Shown piece by piece: positions 9,452-17,556 of a stretch of DNA of 64,000 nt. The position numbers and the translations under genes are program-made. The notes under the pieces are model-generated. The model saw only the letters and a list, made by a program, of their open reading frames with translations. It was not told the DNA's origin and made no database searches. The stretch's first letter is position 1, and every line of letters begins with the position of its first letter. This stretch comes from an uncultured bacterium (GTDB lineage: Bacteria; Desulfobacterota; Binatia; UBA1149; CAITLU01), in contig CAITLU010000031.1 of the NCBI GenBank assembly GCA_903893315.1, positions 14,402 to 78,401 on the forward strand, given 5' to 3'.

Positions 9452-10069
9452 ATGGTGAGCGGTCAGAAGGAGCAGGAGGGGGTATTGGCGGAAGTCGCGC
9501 ACGATCTCGCCAACCGCTTTCACCGATATTACTACTGCTCCCACCTTGCCGTTGAGGCGCTTGGAGAGGCTCCTCCTGAGGTGCGGGATCTGCTCGCGAG
9601 GGCTCAGGATACCGTCGAAGAAATCGAGGCTTTGACCAGCGCGCTGCTGGCTTTCGTGCGGCCAACTGATCTGCGTTCGATCCTGGTGGGCGGCGATGAC
9701 GTAGTCGGGAGTCTTCGTCGGCACTTGGGCGAACACTGCGTGGAATCGTTCGGTTGTGACGCGCTCGGCTCCATCAAGGTTGCTGTCGATCCTACCCGTC
9801 TGGGCGAGGTGCTGGCTACTTGTAGTAAAATCCTGCTTGGGCGTGCTGTCTCTCAAGCACCGCTTCGTCTGGAACTTGGCAGCGACGGGTGTCTCGAACT
9901 TCGCCTTTCCGTTCTCGCGTCTTCCCCGATACCGGCGACGCCGGACCTCGCGCTCGCGATGGCCATGAAGATCGTCGCACTGCACGGGGGGGAACTGACG
10001 ATTCCGACAGCCTCGCCGCCGGGTACTGCGGCGATTACCGTTCGCTTGCCGATTGCACCACAGGAGTAG
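9452..10069 (+). CDS. sensor-less histidine kinase-like protein (DHp + HATPase_c only)
   Basis: H-box-like VAHDLANRFHRYY near the N-terminus. G2-like IVALHGGELTIPTASPPGTAAITVRLP at the C-terminus. The stop is 6 nt before the response-regulator start. Start chosen at ATG 9452 (GGGAAG 6 nt upstream); ATG 9398 is an alternative. No TM or sensor domain is present. Confidence 0.55.
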   Translation: MVSGQKEQEGVLAEVAHDLANRFHRYYYCSHLAVEALGEAPPEVRDLLARAQDTVEEIEALTSALLAFVRPTDLRSILVGGDDVVGSLRRHLGEHCVESFGCDALGSIKVAVDPTRLGEVLATCSKILLGRAVSQAPLRLELGSDGCLELRLSVLASSPIPATPDLALAMAMKIVALHGGELTIPTASPPGTAAITVRLPIAPQE

Positions 10070-10075
10070 GCTTTG

Positions 10076-11482
10076 ATGACCCAACGGATTTTTGTGGTGG
10101 ATGATGACCCGCTCATCTGCCGACAACTGGAGGATCTCTTCCGAGAGCGTCACTACCAAGTGGACAGCGCCGGCAGCGCCGGTGAAGCGCTGGCACTGCT
10201 GGAACAGCACGAATACGCGCTCGGCGTGGTGGACCTGAAGATTCCGGGGACCGATGGCCTGAGCCTGACACGTCAGATCCACGAGCGGTGGAGCGACCTC
10301 GATATCATCATCATTACTGGCTACGCTTCGATCAAGGGAGCTGTTGAGGCGATCCGTCAAGGCGCCAGCGACTACATCACCAAGCCCTTCGAACGCGAAG
10401 AAATCCTGCTCGCGACTGAGAAGATACTGGAGAAGCGTCGTCTCCTCGATGAGATCAGTTACCTGCGCAGTCAGCTCTCGGAAAGATATTCGTTCGCCAA
10501 CATGGTCAGCCGCAATCCGGCGATGCATGAACTTTTCCACACCATCGAGTCGCTCGCGCAGAACGATGCCACCGTGCTGGTCTGGGGAGAGTCTGGAACG
10601 GGCAAGGAACTGGCGGCTCGAGCGATTCATTTCCAGGGGCGTCGCAAGAGCGGCCGTTTCGTCGCCATCAACTGCGCGGCCTTTCCCGATTCGCTGCTCG
10701 AAGCCGAACTGTTCGGGCATGAACGCGGAGCCTTCACCGGCGCGGTTCAGGATCGGATCGGGAAGATCGAACTCGCCAGCGGCGGTACGCTCTTTCTGGA
10801 CGAGGTCGAGAGCATCTCGTTGCCCATGCAGCTCAAGCTCCTTCGCGTCCTCGAGCAGCGCGAGATCGAAAAACTCGGCGGCAACCGTCTGGTCCGGGTG
10901 AATATACGAGTGATTGCGGCGACCAACCGAGATCTCGAGGAGATGGTCAGCCGAGGCGCGATGAGGGAGGACTTCTATTATCGCGTCAACGTCGTCCCAC
11001 TGCTGATTCCACCGCTGCGCGACCGAATAGAGGATGTTCCGCTGCTGGTGGCCGAGATGCTCAAGAACAACCCGTTGGCTCGCGAGCGGGGCATCAGTCG
11101 GGTGTCCAACCGTGCGCTGCAGGCTCTGATGTCTTACCACTGGCCCGGAAACGTCCGCGAACTCGGCAATGTGATCGAACGGTCGATCCTCAAGACCAGC
11201 GGACCGGTGATCAAGGATGTCGACCTTCCGACCTCGGGAACTGCTTCGGCGGGAGTCGGTGGTGCTTCGCGGGGTCGCGAGTACGAACTGCCGCTCAAGC
11301 AGTTCTTGAAGCGGGCCGAAAAAGAGTATCTCGCTGCGGTCCTGCGTCGAGCCCGCGGCGGCATCGCCAGCACCGCCAAGCACTCGATGATCGACGCGGC
11401 CACGCTGCATCGCAAGATGAAGCAGCACGGCTTGCGGCGCGAGGAATTCCGGCGGTCGGCGCGCGAAGCCGAGCGTCCCTGA
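10076..11482 (+). CDS. sigma-54-dependent Fis-family response regulator (NtrC type; PEP-CTERM-box PrsR-like)
   Basis: REC domain (VVDDDPLICRQL...VVDLKIPGTDG). AAA+ sigma-54 activator domain with Walker A GESGTGKE, the GAFTGA motif (ERGAFTGAV) and Walker B LFLDEV. C-terminal Fis-type HTH. AGGAG RBS 8 nt before ATG 10076. Confidence 0.9.
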   Translation: MTQRIFVVDDDPLICRQLEDLFRERHYQVDSAGSAGEALALLEQHEYALGVVDLKIPGTDGLSLTRQIHERWSDLDIIIITGYASIKGAVEAIRQGASDYITKPFEREEILLATEKILEKRRLLDEISYLRSQLSERYSFANMVSRNPAMHELFHTIESLAQNDATVLVWGESGTGKELAARAIHFQGRRKSGRFVAINCAAFPDSLLEAELFGHERGAFTGAVQDRIGKIELASGGTLFLDEVESISLPMQLKLLRVLEQREIEKLGGNRLVRVNIRVIAATNRDLEEMVSRGAMREDFYYRVNVVPLLIPPLRDRIEDVPLLVAEMLKNNPLARERGISRVSNRALQALMSYHWPGNVRELGNVIERSILKTSGPVIKDVDLPTSGTASAGVGGASRGREYELPLKQFLKRAEKEYLAAVLRRARGGIASTAKHSMIDAATLHRKMKQHGLRREEFRRSAREAERP

Positions 11483-11580
11483 GGCACCGTGTCTAACGGC
11501 GTATGCGAAGTTGGGATCGCCGCTCCGGCGTGCGATAAAGGTGCCCGTCGCACCACGAAGCGGCTTGGCTGAGGAAGAGG

Positions 11581-13896
11581 ATGTACGCACACTTTTACCA
11601 CCTCTCCGAGAACCCCTTCAATCTCACTCCGGATCCCAAGTTCCATTACATCAATGAGTCTACGCGTGAGGCGCTTGCCTCAATGCTGTACGGCATCAAA
11701 TCGCGCAAGGGCTTCCTGACGCTGATCGGTGAGGCGGGGACCGGCAAGACGACCATGCTGCGACGCGTGGTCGACGAGATAGAGGGTGAAACCAGGATCG
11801 TCTTTGTCTTCAACCCCGGGGTGAGCTTCGACGAACTGCTCGAGTTCATCTGCATGGAACTCGGCATTCGGGCCGAGGCCAAAGGGCGCCTGAAGCTTCT
11901 GGAGCGCCTCAACAGCTATCTGCTCGAGCAACTGACCGAGGGGCGCAACGTCGTGGTCATTATCGACGAGGCCCAGACCTTGGATGACGCGGTCCTGGAG
12001 GAACTCCGGCTGCTCTCCAATCTGGAGACATCCAAGGAAAAGATTCTACAGATCGTCCTCAGTGGTCAGCCGGAACTGGAAGAGAAGCTGAGGCGTCCGC
12101 ATCTGCGGCAGTTGCGCCAGCGCATAGGTGTTCGCGCGACCTTGCGTGCGATGCGGGCGGACGAGATCCGTGCCTACGTCGAGACGCGGCTTCGCAGCGC
12201 TGGCAGCGAGAAGGCCGAGCTGTTCACCGGTCCGGCCCTGCTGCGATGCTGGCAGTCCGCGCAGGGAATCCCCCGCGTAATCAACGTGATCTGCGACAAC
12301 GCCATGATGATAGCTTTTGCGGAGGGCAAGGATCGCATCTCCGCGTCCTTGATGAACGCTGCGATTCGCGATCTTGACGGGGAATCCCAGACCCAGGCGA
12401 TGATGCGCAGGGTGCGCAATCTGCTCGGCAGCAGGCAGGTCGGCGTGGGCGTAGTTGCGGCTGGAGTTCTCGTCGTGGCCTTTGTGCTGGGGCGGGGTTG
12501 GCCACAGCCGGGGACGTGGGGCGGCGCGACGGCGCAGCAAGCCGAACGGGAAAACGGTCACGAGGTCGGCCAAGTTGCCGCCGCAGCCAGTGCCCCGACG
12601 ATGGCCGACGCCCGACTCGATTCGGCTCGCTCGCCGGTCGATGCTTCTCAGGCTCCGCGGCATGAGGGCCGGCGCCACGGCCGCGGTGAGAACGGTGGCC
12701 GGTCCTCGGCGCCGGTTGCCGCCTCCGAGGCCACAGCGGTGCCCGCACTTGCAATGGTAGCTTCGGTTCCCCGTGAGACGGCCGTGGGCAGAATGGATCA
12801 GGCGCGCGTGCCGGTCCCGGCCATCGTTGTATCGCCGCCGTCCGCCTTGGCAGCGGCCGCTGCGCCTCCTGTTCCGGAAGCGCCACGACCTTTCGTCGCG
12901 CCGCCCCCGCCGCGCTTTGAGGACCTCGACCCACTTACCGAGACGGCGCCTGCCGTGGGCGCTTCTGACCCTCATGTCTCGCCGGCCGACGCGATGACAG
13001 ACTCGGTGCGACGCGCCGAGGGACAAGCACGCTTGGCGGCGGCGCGGTTGTACGGCGAAGGGACGCCGGCTTCCTCTGCGGGCGTTTCACAGCCTCGGCC
13101 TTTCGGACTTGCTGCAGCTACGGCCGCGGCCGCAGCTGCAAGTAGATCCACGGCGCCGGTTGTCACTGGAGACGCGGCAGGCGGCCTGCGTTCCGTCGAG
13201 GATGCTGAAGCCATGGCCGCAGCTGCGTTGTCGCCTCCGCCGGTTCCGGCAGTTGCCGCCCCTGTGGTCCCGCCCACTTCTCGATCGCCTGGTCCTGTGG
13301 CGTCATCCTCGGCGTCTCGCGGCTCGGCGTCAGTTTCTTCGCAGGGTCTCGCGCAAGGGCTGGAATCTGTAGCCTCGCTGAGCGGTGGTGGAGATTCATC
13401 CAAGGCACCGCGCGCGCCTGGCCGACCTCCCATTGGTCGCCAGATTCATGTCGGGCGGGGCGATACCGTCTGGGCGATCGCGATGCAGTACTACGGAACG
13501 GTCGACTCTTCCGTACTGACCCAGATTTTCCGTTACAACGCGGGAATTTCCGACGCCCATCGGCTGGATCTTGGCAGTGAGGTGTTTCTTCCGTTCCTCA
13601 GCCCGGAGCAGATGGTTGGTCCTTCGACAGGGGGCGGCTACCAGGTGTTGCTGGCTGAGAGCACGGACGCTCGTCTGGTAGACCGCGCTGCAGCGTGGGC
13701 ATCGGCGGCCTTGCCGGGACGTACGCTTCGGACCGCAACCAAAGGCAAGGGGACCGCGGTGCGGATGATCTACGCGGTCGGCTTTCCGTCGCGAGATGCG
13801 GCCTTGGAGTCGGCGCGATACATTTTAGGCCGCTCTTCACATTCAGACGCGAATGGAAGCTCGAGACGCCTTGTCGCCGAGCGAGCCAGAGGCTAG
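11581..13896 (+). CDS. ExeA/GspA-like AAA ATPase with long Ala/Pro-rich linker and C-terminal LysM plus SPOR-like peptidoglycan-binding region (PEP-CTERM-locus secretion-ATPase type)
   Basis: N-terminus YHLSENPFNLTPDPKFHY (ExeA signature YxxxFxLxxxPF). Walker A GEAGTGKTT and Walker B VVVIIDEAQ. Residues about 290-620 are low-complexity Ala/Pro/Ser. LysM-like segment IHVGRGDTVWAIAMQYYG...IFRYNAGI. Final 80 aa are SPOR-like (YQVLLAEST...VRMIYAVGFPSRDAALESA). RBS GAGGAAGAGG. Confidence 0.8.
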   Translation: MYAHFYHLSENPFNLTPDPKFHYINESTREALASMLYGIKSRKGFLTLIGEAGTGKTTMLRRVVDEIEGETRIVFVFNPGVSFDELLEFICMELGIRAEAKGRLKLLERLNSYLLEQLTEGRNVVVIIDEAQTLDDAVLEELRLLSNLETSKEKILQIVLSGQPELEEKLRRPHLRQLRQRIGVRATLRAMRADEIRAYVETRLRSAGSEKAELFTGPALLRCWQSAQGIPRVINVICDNAMMIAFAEGKDRISASLMNAAIRDLDGESQTQAMMRRVRNLLGSRQVGVGVVAAGVLVVAFVLGRGWPQPGTWGGATAQQAERENGHEVGQVAAAASAPTMADARLDSARSPVDASQAPRHEGRRHGRGENGGRSSAPVAASEATAVPALAMVASVPRETAVGRMDQARVPVPAIVVSPPSALAAAAAPPVPEAPRPFVAPPPPRFEDLDPLTETAPAVGASDPHVSPADAMTDSVRRAEGQARLAAARLYGEGTPASSAGVSQPRPFGLAAATAAAAAASRSTAPVVTGDAAGGLRSVEDAEAMAAAALSPPPVPAVAAPVVPPTSRSPGPVASSSASRGSASVSSQGLAQGLESVASLSGGGDSSKAPRAPGRPPIGRQIHVGRGDTVWAIAMQYYGTVDSSVLTQIFRYNAGISDAHRLDLGSEVFLPFLSPEQMVGPSTGGGYQVLLAESTDARLVDRAAAWASAALPGRTLRTATKGKGTAVRMIYAVGFPSRDAALESARYILGRSSHSDANGSSRRLVAERARG
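12450..13440 (+). repeat. low-complexity Ala/Pro/Ser-rich coding tract (GC-rich, generates many spurious ORFs on both strands)
   Basis: Translated region AAASAPTMADARLDSARSPVDASQAP...PPVPAVAAPVVPPTSRSPGPVASSSASRG. Overlapped by track ORFs 12046..13026(-), 12281..12934(-), 12972..13433(-), which are artefacts of this composition. Confidence 0.6.
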
Positions 13897-14049
13897 TGTT
13901 CGCGTGGAATTGGGGTTGGAGCGAAAAGAGCGTGAAAGGTGCATCAGACCACGGTCAGTGCTACCGTTCTGCCTTCAGAGCGGTGGCAGCGTCGGAACGA
14001 TCGGGCGTCTTTGCGGGACTCCTGACTTCGCGGATTTAGGACACAGTTT

Positions 14050-14101
14050 GCGTTTGGCATTGGGGATTTGTTGTAACTTTGGCTAAGATGCCTTAAGTAA
14101 T
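14050..14101 (+). promoter_or_regulatory. AT-rich promoter-like region upstream of the export operon (sigma-70-like TTGTAA-17-TAAGTA candidate)
   Basis: This is the only AT-rich stretch in the 560-bp intergenic region. It also contains TGGCAT-N6-TTTG, an imperfect sigma-54-like element with wrong spacing. Weak, by eye only. Confidence 0.2.
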
Positions 14102-14132
14102 TGAGCCAGACCCTCTTGGGGGCTTCTAGTAA

Positions 14133-14148
14133 CCTTCCGTCAGGAAGG
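14133..14148 (+). other. perfect hairpin CCTTCC-GTCA-GGAAGG in the 5' leader of the export operon
   Basis: 6-bp perfect stem with a 4-nt loop seen directly in sequence. Located about 310 nt upstream of ATG 14456. Confidence 0.3.
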
Positions 14149-14455
14149 CTTGACCGACTGGCCCGAGTTCGGGACTAGGGGTAGCAACAAGAGGGAGGGG
14201 TTTCGGATTCATCGGAACGGTTCGAATGCAGCCAGCGTAGTACTCACGGACATGACGTGTGACGAGGTTGTTGACCGTGGTCGAAAGCCAGCTTTGCTGT
14301 CGGGGTTGGCCGACGAAGTTGGCGCGGCGTGTTTTGACCGATCACTTGGTTGAGGGGGACGGTCGCGAATGTGGGGGGTGGCTGTGGTTCTGGGTGAGGA
14401 AGAAGCGGCCGAGAAGGGTTTGTCGAGCGCTTCGGCCTGAGGCGGACGGGGGTTC

Positions 14456-15175
14456 ATGAAAGCACGAGTAGTTGTATCGGTTCTGTCAGCGCTGCTTTCC
14501 GTGGGCTGTTTCTCCACGCTCGGTGTCGCTCCCTCTGGGGATGTACCTGGAGTTGCGGCGCTGCAGATGGCTGCCGCTCCGCAAAACACTGCGACGCCGG
14601 CTTATCGAATCCAGAGTGGGGATCATCTCGACATCCGCTCCCTCTATCACGACGAACTCAACGGCGAGGCGACCGTAGGCCCGGACGGCCAGGTCAGCAT
14701 CGTTGGACTCGGTCAACTTCAGGCTGTCGGCCTTACTTCCGACGAATTGGCGGCTGAGATAGTTCGCCGCGCGTCCATCACCCATCGTAATCCTTCGGTG
14801 ACCGTGCGGGTCAAAGAGTTCACGAGCTATCACGCCTATGTGGGCGGCGAGGTAAAGAAGCCTGGTTACGTCGTGGTCACGCCCGGGATGACCTCGCTTC
14901 GTGCGGTAATGGAGAGGGGCGGTTTTGCATACAGCGCCCGCGCCGACAGCGTCCTGCACATCGCGTGGAATCCGCAGGGCGGGTACTCGGCCCAGCGCAT
15001 CAATCTGGAGCGGGTGCTTGAGACAGGGGATACCACCCAGGATTTGGCACTCGGGCCGAACGACATGGTGTTCGTTCCGGCTACATGGATCACCAACGCG
15101 AATCTGTGGGTCCGCCAATGGATCATCGAACTGATTCCGATCCGCGAGCCTACGACTCGCATTACCGACTTCTGA
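14456..15175 (+). CDS. polysaccharide export outer-membrane lipoprotein (Wza/GumB/EpsE-like; Poly_export + SLBB)
   Basis: Lipobox LLSVGC. Poly_export motif PAYRIQSGDHLDIRSL...GPDGQVSIVGLGQLQAVGLTSDELAAEI. SLBB-like VTVRVKEF...VGGEVKKPGYVV. Short 239-aa form without the Wza C-terminal helix. Confidence 0.85.
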   Translation: MKARVVVSVLSALLSVGCFSTLGVAPSGDVPGVAALQMAAAPQNTATPAYRIQSGDHLDIRSLYHDELNGEATVGPDGQVSIVGLGQLQAVGLTSDELAAEIVRRASITHRNPSVTVRVKEFTSYHAYVGGEVKKPGYVVVTPGMTSLRAVMERGGFAYSARADSVLHIAWNPQGGYSAQRINLERVLETGDTTQDLALGPNDMVFVPATWITNANLWVRQWIIELIPIREPTTRITDF

Positions 15176-15197
15176 CAGAGTTGAGGGAAGGCGACCT

Positions 15198-16787
15198 ATG
15201 GACCAGCGTTCTCTCTATCTCCTGAGGCAAGCCGTCACCGCGGTTTTCAAGCGGTGGCGTCTGGTCGCCGTGGTTTTTCTGGCGATTTTTGTTCCGTTCA
15301 ACTTCTTCAACATGATTCGGCAGCCGGTCTATAGTGCCAAGTCGAAGGTCTTGATCACCAAGGACCGCGCCTATGCCGAGGTGTCGCCGTTAGTTCGCGA
15401 TGTGGCGGCCACGGATTTGCCCAACGAAATGGTCGTCAACTCGGAGATTCAATTGATCCAGAGTCGCGACCTCCTGCGGCGGCTAAGCGACGAGCTGGCC
15501 ACCCAGTCGCAGGCGGATCCGGAGGGAGCGTTCCCCGTTCCCGGCGTCAAGACGCTGCAGCAGCAAGTTCAGGTGTTGCGCAAACCTCAGTCCAACGTTC
15601 TCGAAATAGCCTACAAAAGCAGTGATCCAGACTACGCCATCCACGTGGTCAATACGCTGGTCGGGCTCTATGCGCGGTATCACATTGAGTCCCACAAATC
15701 GCCGGGCGCTCTGACGTTCTTTGACAAGGAGACCCAGGCGGCGAAAGAGGCTTTTGTACAGTCGGATCTCGAGTTGGAACGCTTTGACGCGGTGAACGGT
15801 CTGACCTCGATCGCCACTGAAGTCGAAGACCGTCTTCGGCAGCGGGCTCAACTCGAAGCTGATTTGCGGCGTACGGAAGCTCAGGTCACCGAATTGACGA
15901 CCAAGGTTGCGGCCGTTGAGGCCGAACTTGAGTACATCCCTGAGCAGGAAGCGACCGAAGTCGAAATTATCCCCAATCCTCTGGTTAGTTACCTTCGGCA
16001 GAATCTGGCGCGTCTCGATATGGAGCGTGAACGGCTCCTCCAACTCTACACGCCTCAGCATCGGCTGGTAATGGACGTCGAGAGCGAAATCGCCGGGCTC
16101 AAGTCGCAGATCGCCGGCCAAGAGGGCTCGGTGGTGGGCCGCAAGAAGATGGCAGCGACCGGAGTGCGACTCCGTCTGGAGGAAGACCTGCTGGGATCCC
16201 AGGCGCAGGTAGGAGCGCTGGAGGCCAGGCGAACGCTGCTTGCCGAACGTATTGCCGATTACGAGAACGAGATCCGCGTTCTTCACGGCAAGCACTATGA
16301 AATAATGCGCATGCGTCGTGAGCGCGAAGAGCGGAAAGACACCTACAACGCGCTGCTGGACAAGCTCAACACGATGAAGGTCTCGGAGGCCATGGATATG
16401 GCCGGGCTGTCCAACGTGTCGGTAATTGAGGCCGCCGCCGCGCCTCTCGACAGTGAGCCGGACTACAAGACCATCACCTTGGCTCTGACTACCTTTTTGG
16501 CTTTGTTGCTGAGTGTCAGCACGGCGGTCGTGTTCGAGATGGTGAATCCGGTGATGAACAGCGATCTCGACGTTCGTCACCACCTTGGGTTGCCGGTTCT
16601 TGCAGCTATCCCGCTTAACGGCGGGAGCGGTGGCGTGGGCAACAACGTGCAAGGCAACCAGCAGAGCAACCAGCAAGGTAACAACCAAGGCAATGCCGGC
16701 AACGGTTACCGGGTAGGGAACGCCCGCCGGACGGGAAATCGTCGGGGTAACAACGGTGGCGGCGGGAATGGCGGTCGTCGCTCCTAA
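15198..16787 (+). CDS. polysaccharide chain-length determinant / co-polymerase (Wzz/GumC/EpsF-like) with G/N/Q-rich tail
   Basis: N-terminal TM (LVAVVFLAIFVPFNFF). Large coiled-coil periplasmic region. Second TM (ITLALTTFLALLLSVSTAVVF). Then a 55-aa Gly/Asn/Gln-rich tail. RBS GAGGGAAGG. Confidence 0.8.
   Translation: MDQRSLYLLRQAVTAVFKRWRLVAVVFLAIFVPFNFFNMIRQPVYSAKSKVLITKDRAYAEVSPLVRDVAATDLPNEMVVNSEIQLIQSRDLLRRLSDELATQSQADPEGAFPVPGVKTLQQQVQVLRKPQSNVLEIAYKSSDPDYAIHVVNTLVGLYARYHIESHKSPGALTFFDKETQAAKEAFVQSDLELERFDAVNGLTSIATEVEDRLRQRAQLEADLRRTEAQVTELTTKVAAVEAELEYIPEQEATEVEIIPNPLVSYLRQNLARLDMERERLLQLYTPQHRLVMDVESEIAGLKSQIAGQEGSVVGRKKMAATGVRLRLEEDLLGSQAQVGALEARRTLLAERIADYENEIRVLHGKHYEIMRMRREREERKDTYNALLDKLNTMKVSEAMDMAGLSNVSVIEAAAAPLDSEPDYKTITLALTTFLALLLSVSTAVVFEMVNPVMNSDLDVRHHLGLPVLAAIPLNGGSGGVGNNVQGNQQSNQQGNNQGNAGNGYRVGNARRTGNRRGNNGGGGNGGRRS
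16611..16787 (+). repeat. G/N/Q-rich low-complexity tail-coding region
   Basis: Encodes GGSGGVGNNVQGNQQSNQQGNNQGNAGNGYRVGNARRTGNRRGNNGGGGNGGRRS. Imperfect CAR/AAC/GGY triplet repetition. Confidence 0.5.
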
Positions 16788-16807
16788 CGGACGGCGCGGG
16801 GAAGGTA

Positions 16808-17539
16808 ATGAGCAAGACCTACGAAGCGCTGAAGCGGGCGGAAGCTCTGCGGGCTCAGGAACGGGCTACCGAGACTTTCGAGGTCCCGTCCCCTACGCCG
16901 ACTATTCCGATGCACGGCGCCGACGACTATTACGAGTTGCGGCGGTCGCTTCTCGGCTCAGCGGTCGGCGAGAGCGTTAAGACCATTCTTGTCGTGAGTT
17001 CACTGCACGGTGAGGGGGCGTCGAGCGTTGCCTGCTTGCTGGCTCGGGCGGTAGCTGAGGGAGGTCGCTCACGTGCGCTGCTGGTCGACCTGAACTTGCG
17101 GACTCCGGCGCTTTGGCGCCTGATGAACGTGAGTGGTCAAAGCGGTTTCATGAACGTCATTGCCGAGAATCGGCGCGTCGATGAAGTAATTCAGCCTACG
17201 GACCTGGAGGGGGTTGCCATTGTAACTGCCGGGAGCGGGCGGGTGAGCGCGGTTGAAATCATCGACAATCCCAAGACGGCTGAGGTGGTGGCCAGCCTTT
17301 CGCATCTGGCCGATGTGACGTTCATTGATGCTCCACCCGTGTCTCTTTATCCGGATGCACGTGCGCTGGCCCCACTGGTAGATGGAGTTATACTAGTGGT
17401 TGAGGCCGACGTTACGCCGGTCAACGTGGCCGCGCGCGCTGCGGAAATCATCCGTGAGACCGGCGCCAATCTTCTGGGTGTCGTCCTGAACAAGACCAGG
17501 CCTTACATTCCCGAGCGTATTGCCTCAGTGCTCGGCTGA
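16808..17539 (+). CDS. BY-kinase-like P-loop ATPase (EpsG / PEP-CTERM-locus tyrosine-autokinase family) with degenerate Walker A
   Basis: MinD/BY-kinase fold with Walker A' VDLNLRTP and Walker B VTFIDAPPV. The Walker A reads SSLHGEGASSVA, i.e. GEGASS where GEGKS/T is expected, so the catalytic Lys is replaced by Ala. There is no C-terminal Tyr cluster (ends ...KTRPYIPERIASVLG). Confidence 0.7.
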   Translation: MSKTYEALKRAEALRAQERATETFEVPSPTPTIPMHGADDYYELRRSLLGSAVGESVKTILVVSSLHGEGASSVACLLARAVAEGGRSRALLVDLNLRTPALWRLMNVSGQSGFMNVIAENRRVDEVIQPTDLEGVAIVTAGSGRVSAVEIIDNPKTAEVVASLSHLADVTFIDAPPVSLYPDARALAPLVDGVILVVEADVTPVNVAARAAEIIRETGANLLGVVLNKTRPYIPERIASVLG

Positions 17540-17556
17540 CAGGTCGAGCGTTAAGC

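Noticed and set aside
9350-11590. 746-aa minus-strand ORF antisense to the histidine kinase and response regulator genes. Similar long antisense or out-of-frame ORFs occur at 5771..7408(-), 7541..8893(-), 15483..16688(-), 35487..37523(-), 37915..39246(-), 43434..44843(-), 52292..53545(-), 53346..54557(-), 59052..60089(-), 61291..62907(-).
   Set aside because: Translations are Arg/Pro/Gly-rich with no recognisable domains. Each overlaps, in another frame or strand, a gene with clear family motifs and correct GC3 bias. This is the typical stop-codon-poor antisense artefact of high-GC DNA.
14055-14075. sigma-54-like TGGCAT…TTTG element upstream of the export operon
   Set aside because: The GG to GC/TT spacing is off by one and the -12 TTGC is degenerate. 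It is kept only as part of a low-confidence promoter region.
14215-14232. tRNA T-loop-like GGTTCGAAT motif in the leader
   Set aside because: No flanking T-stem complementarity and no acceptor, D or anticodon arms can be drawn. It is coincidental or a degraded remnant, not a tRNA gene.
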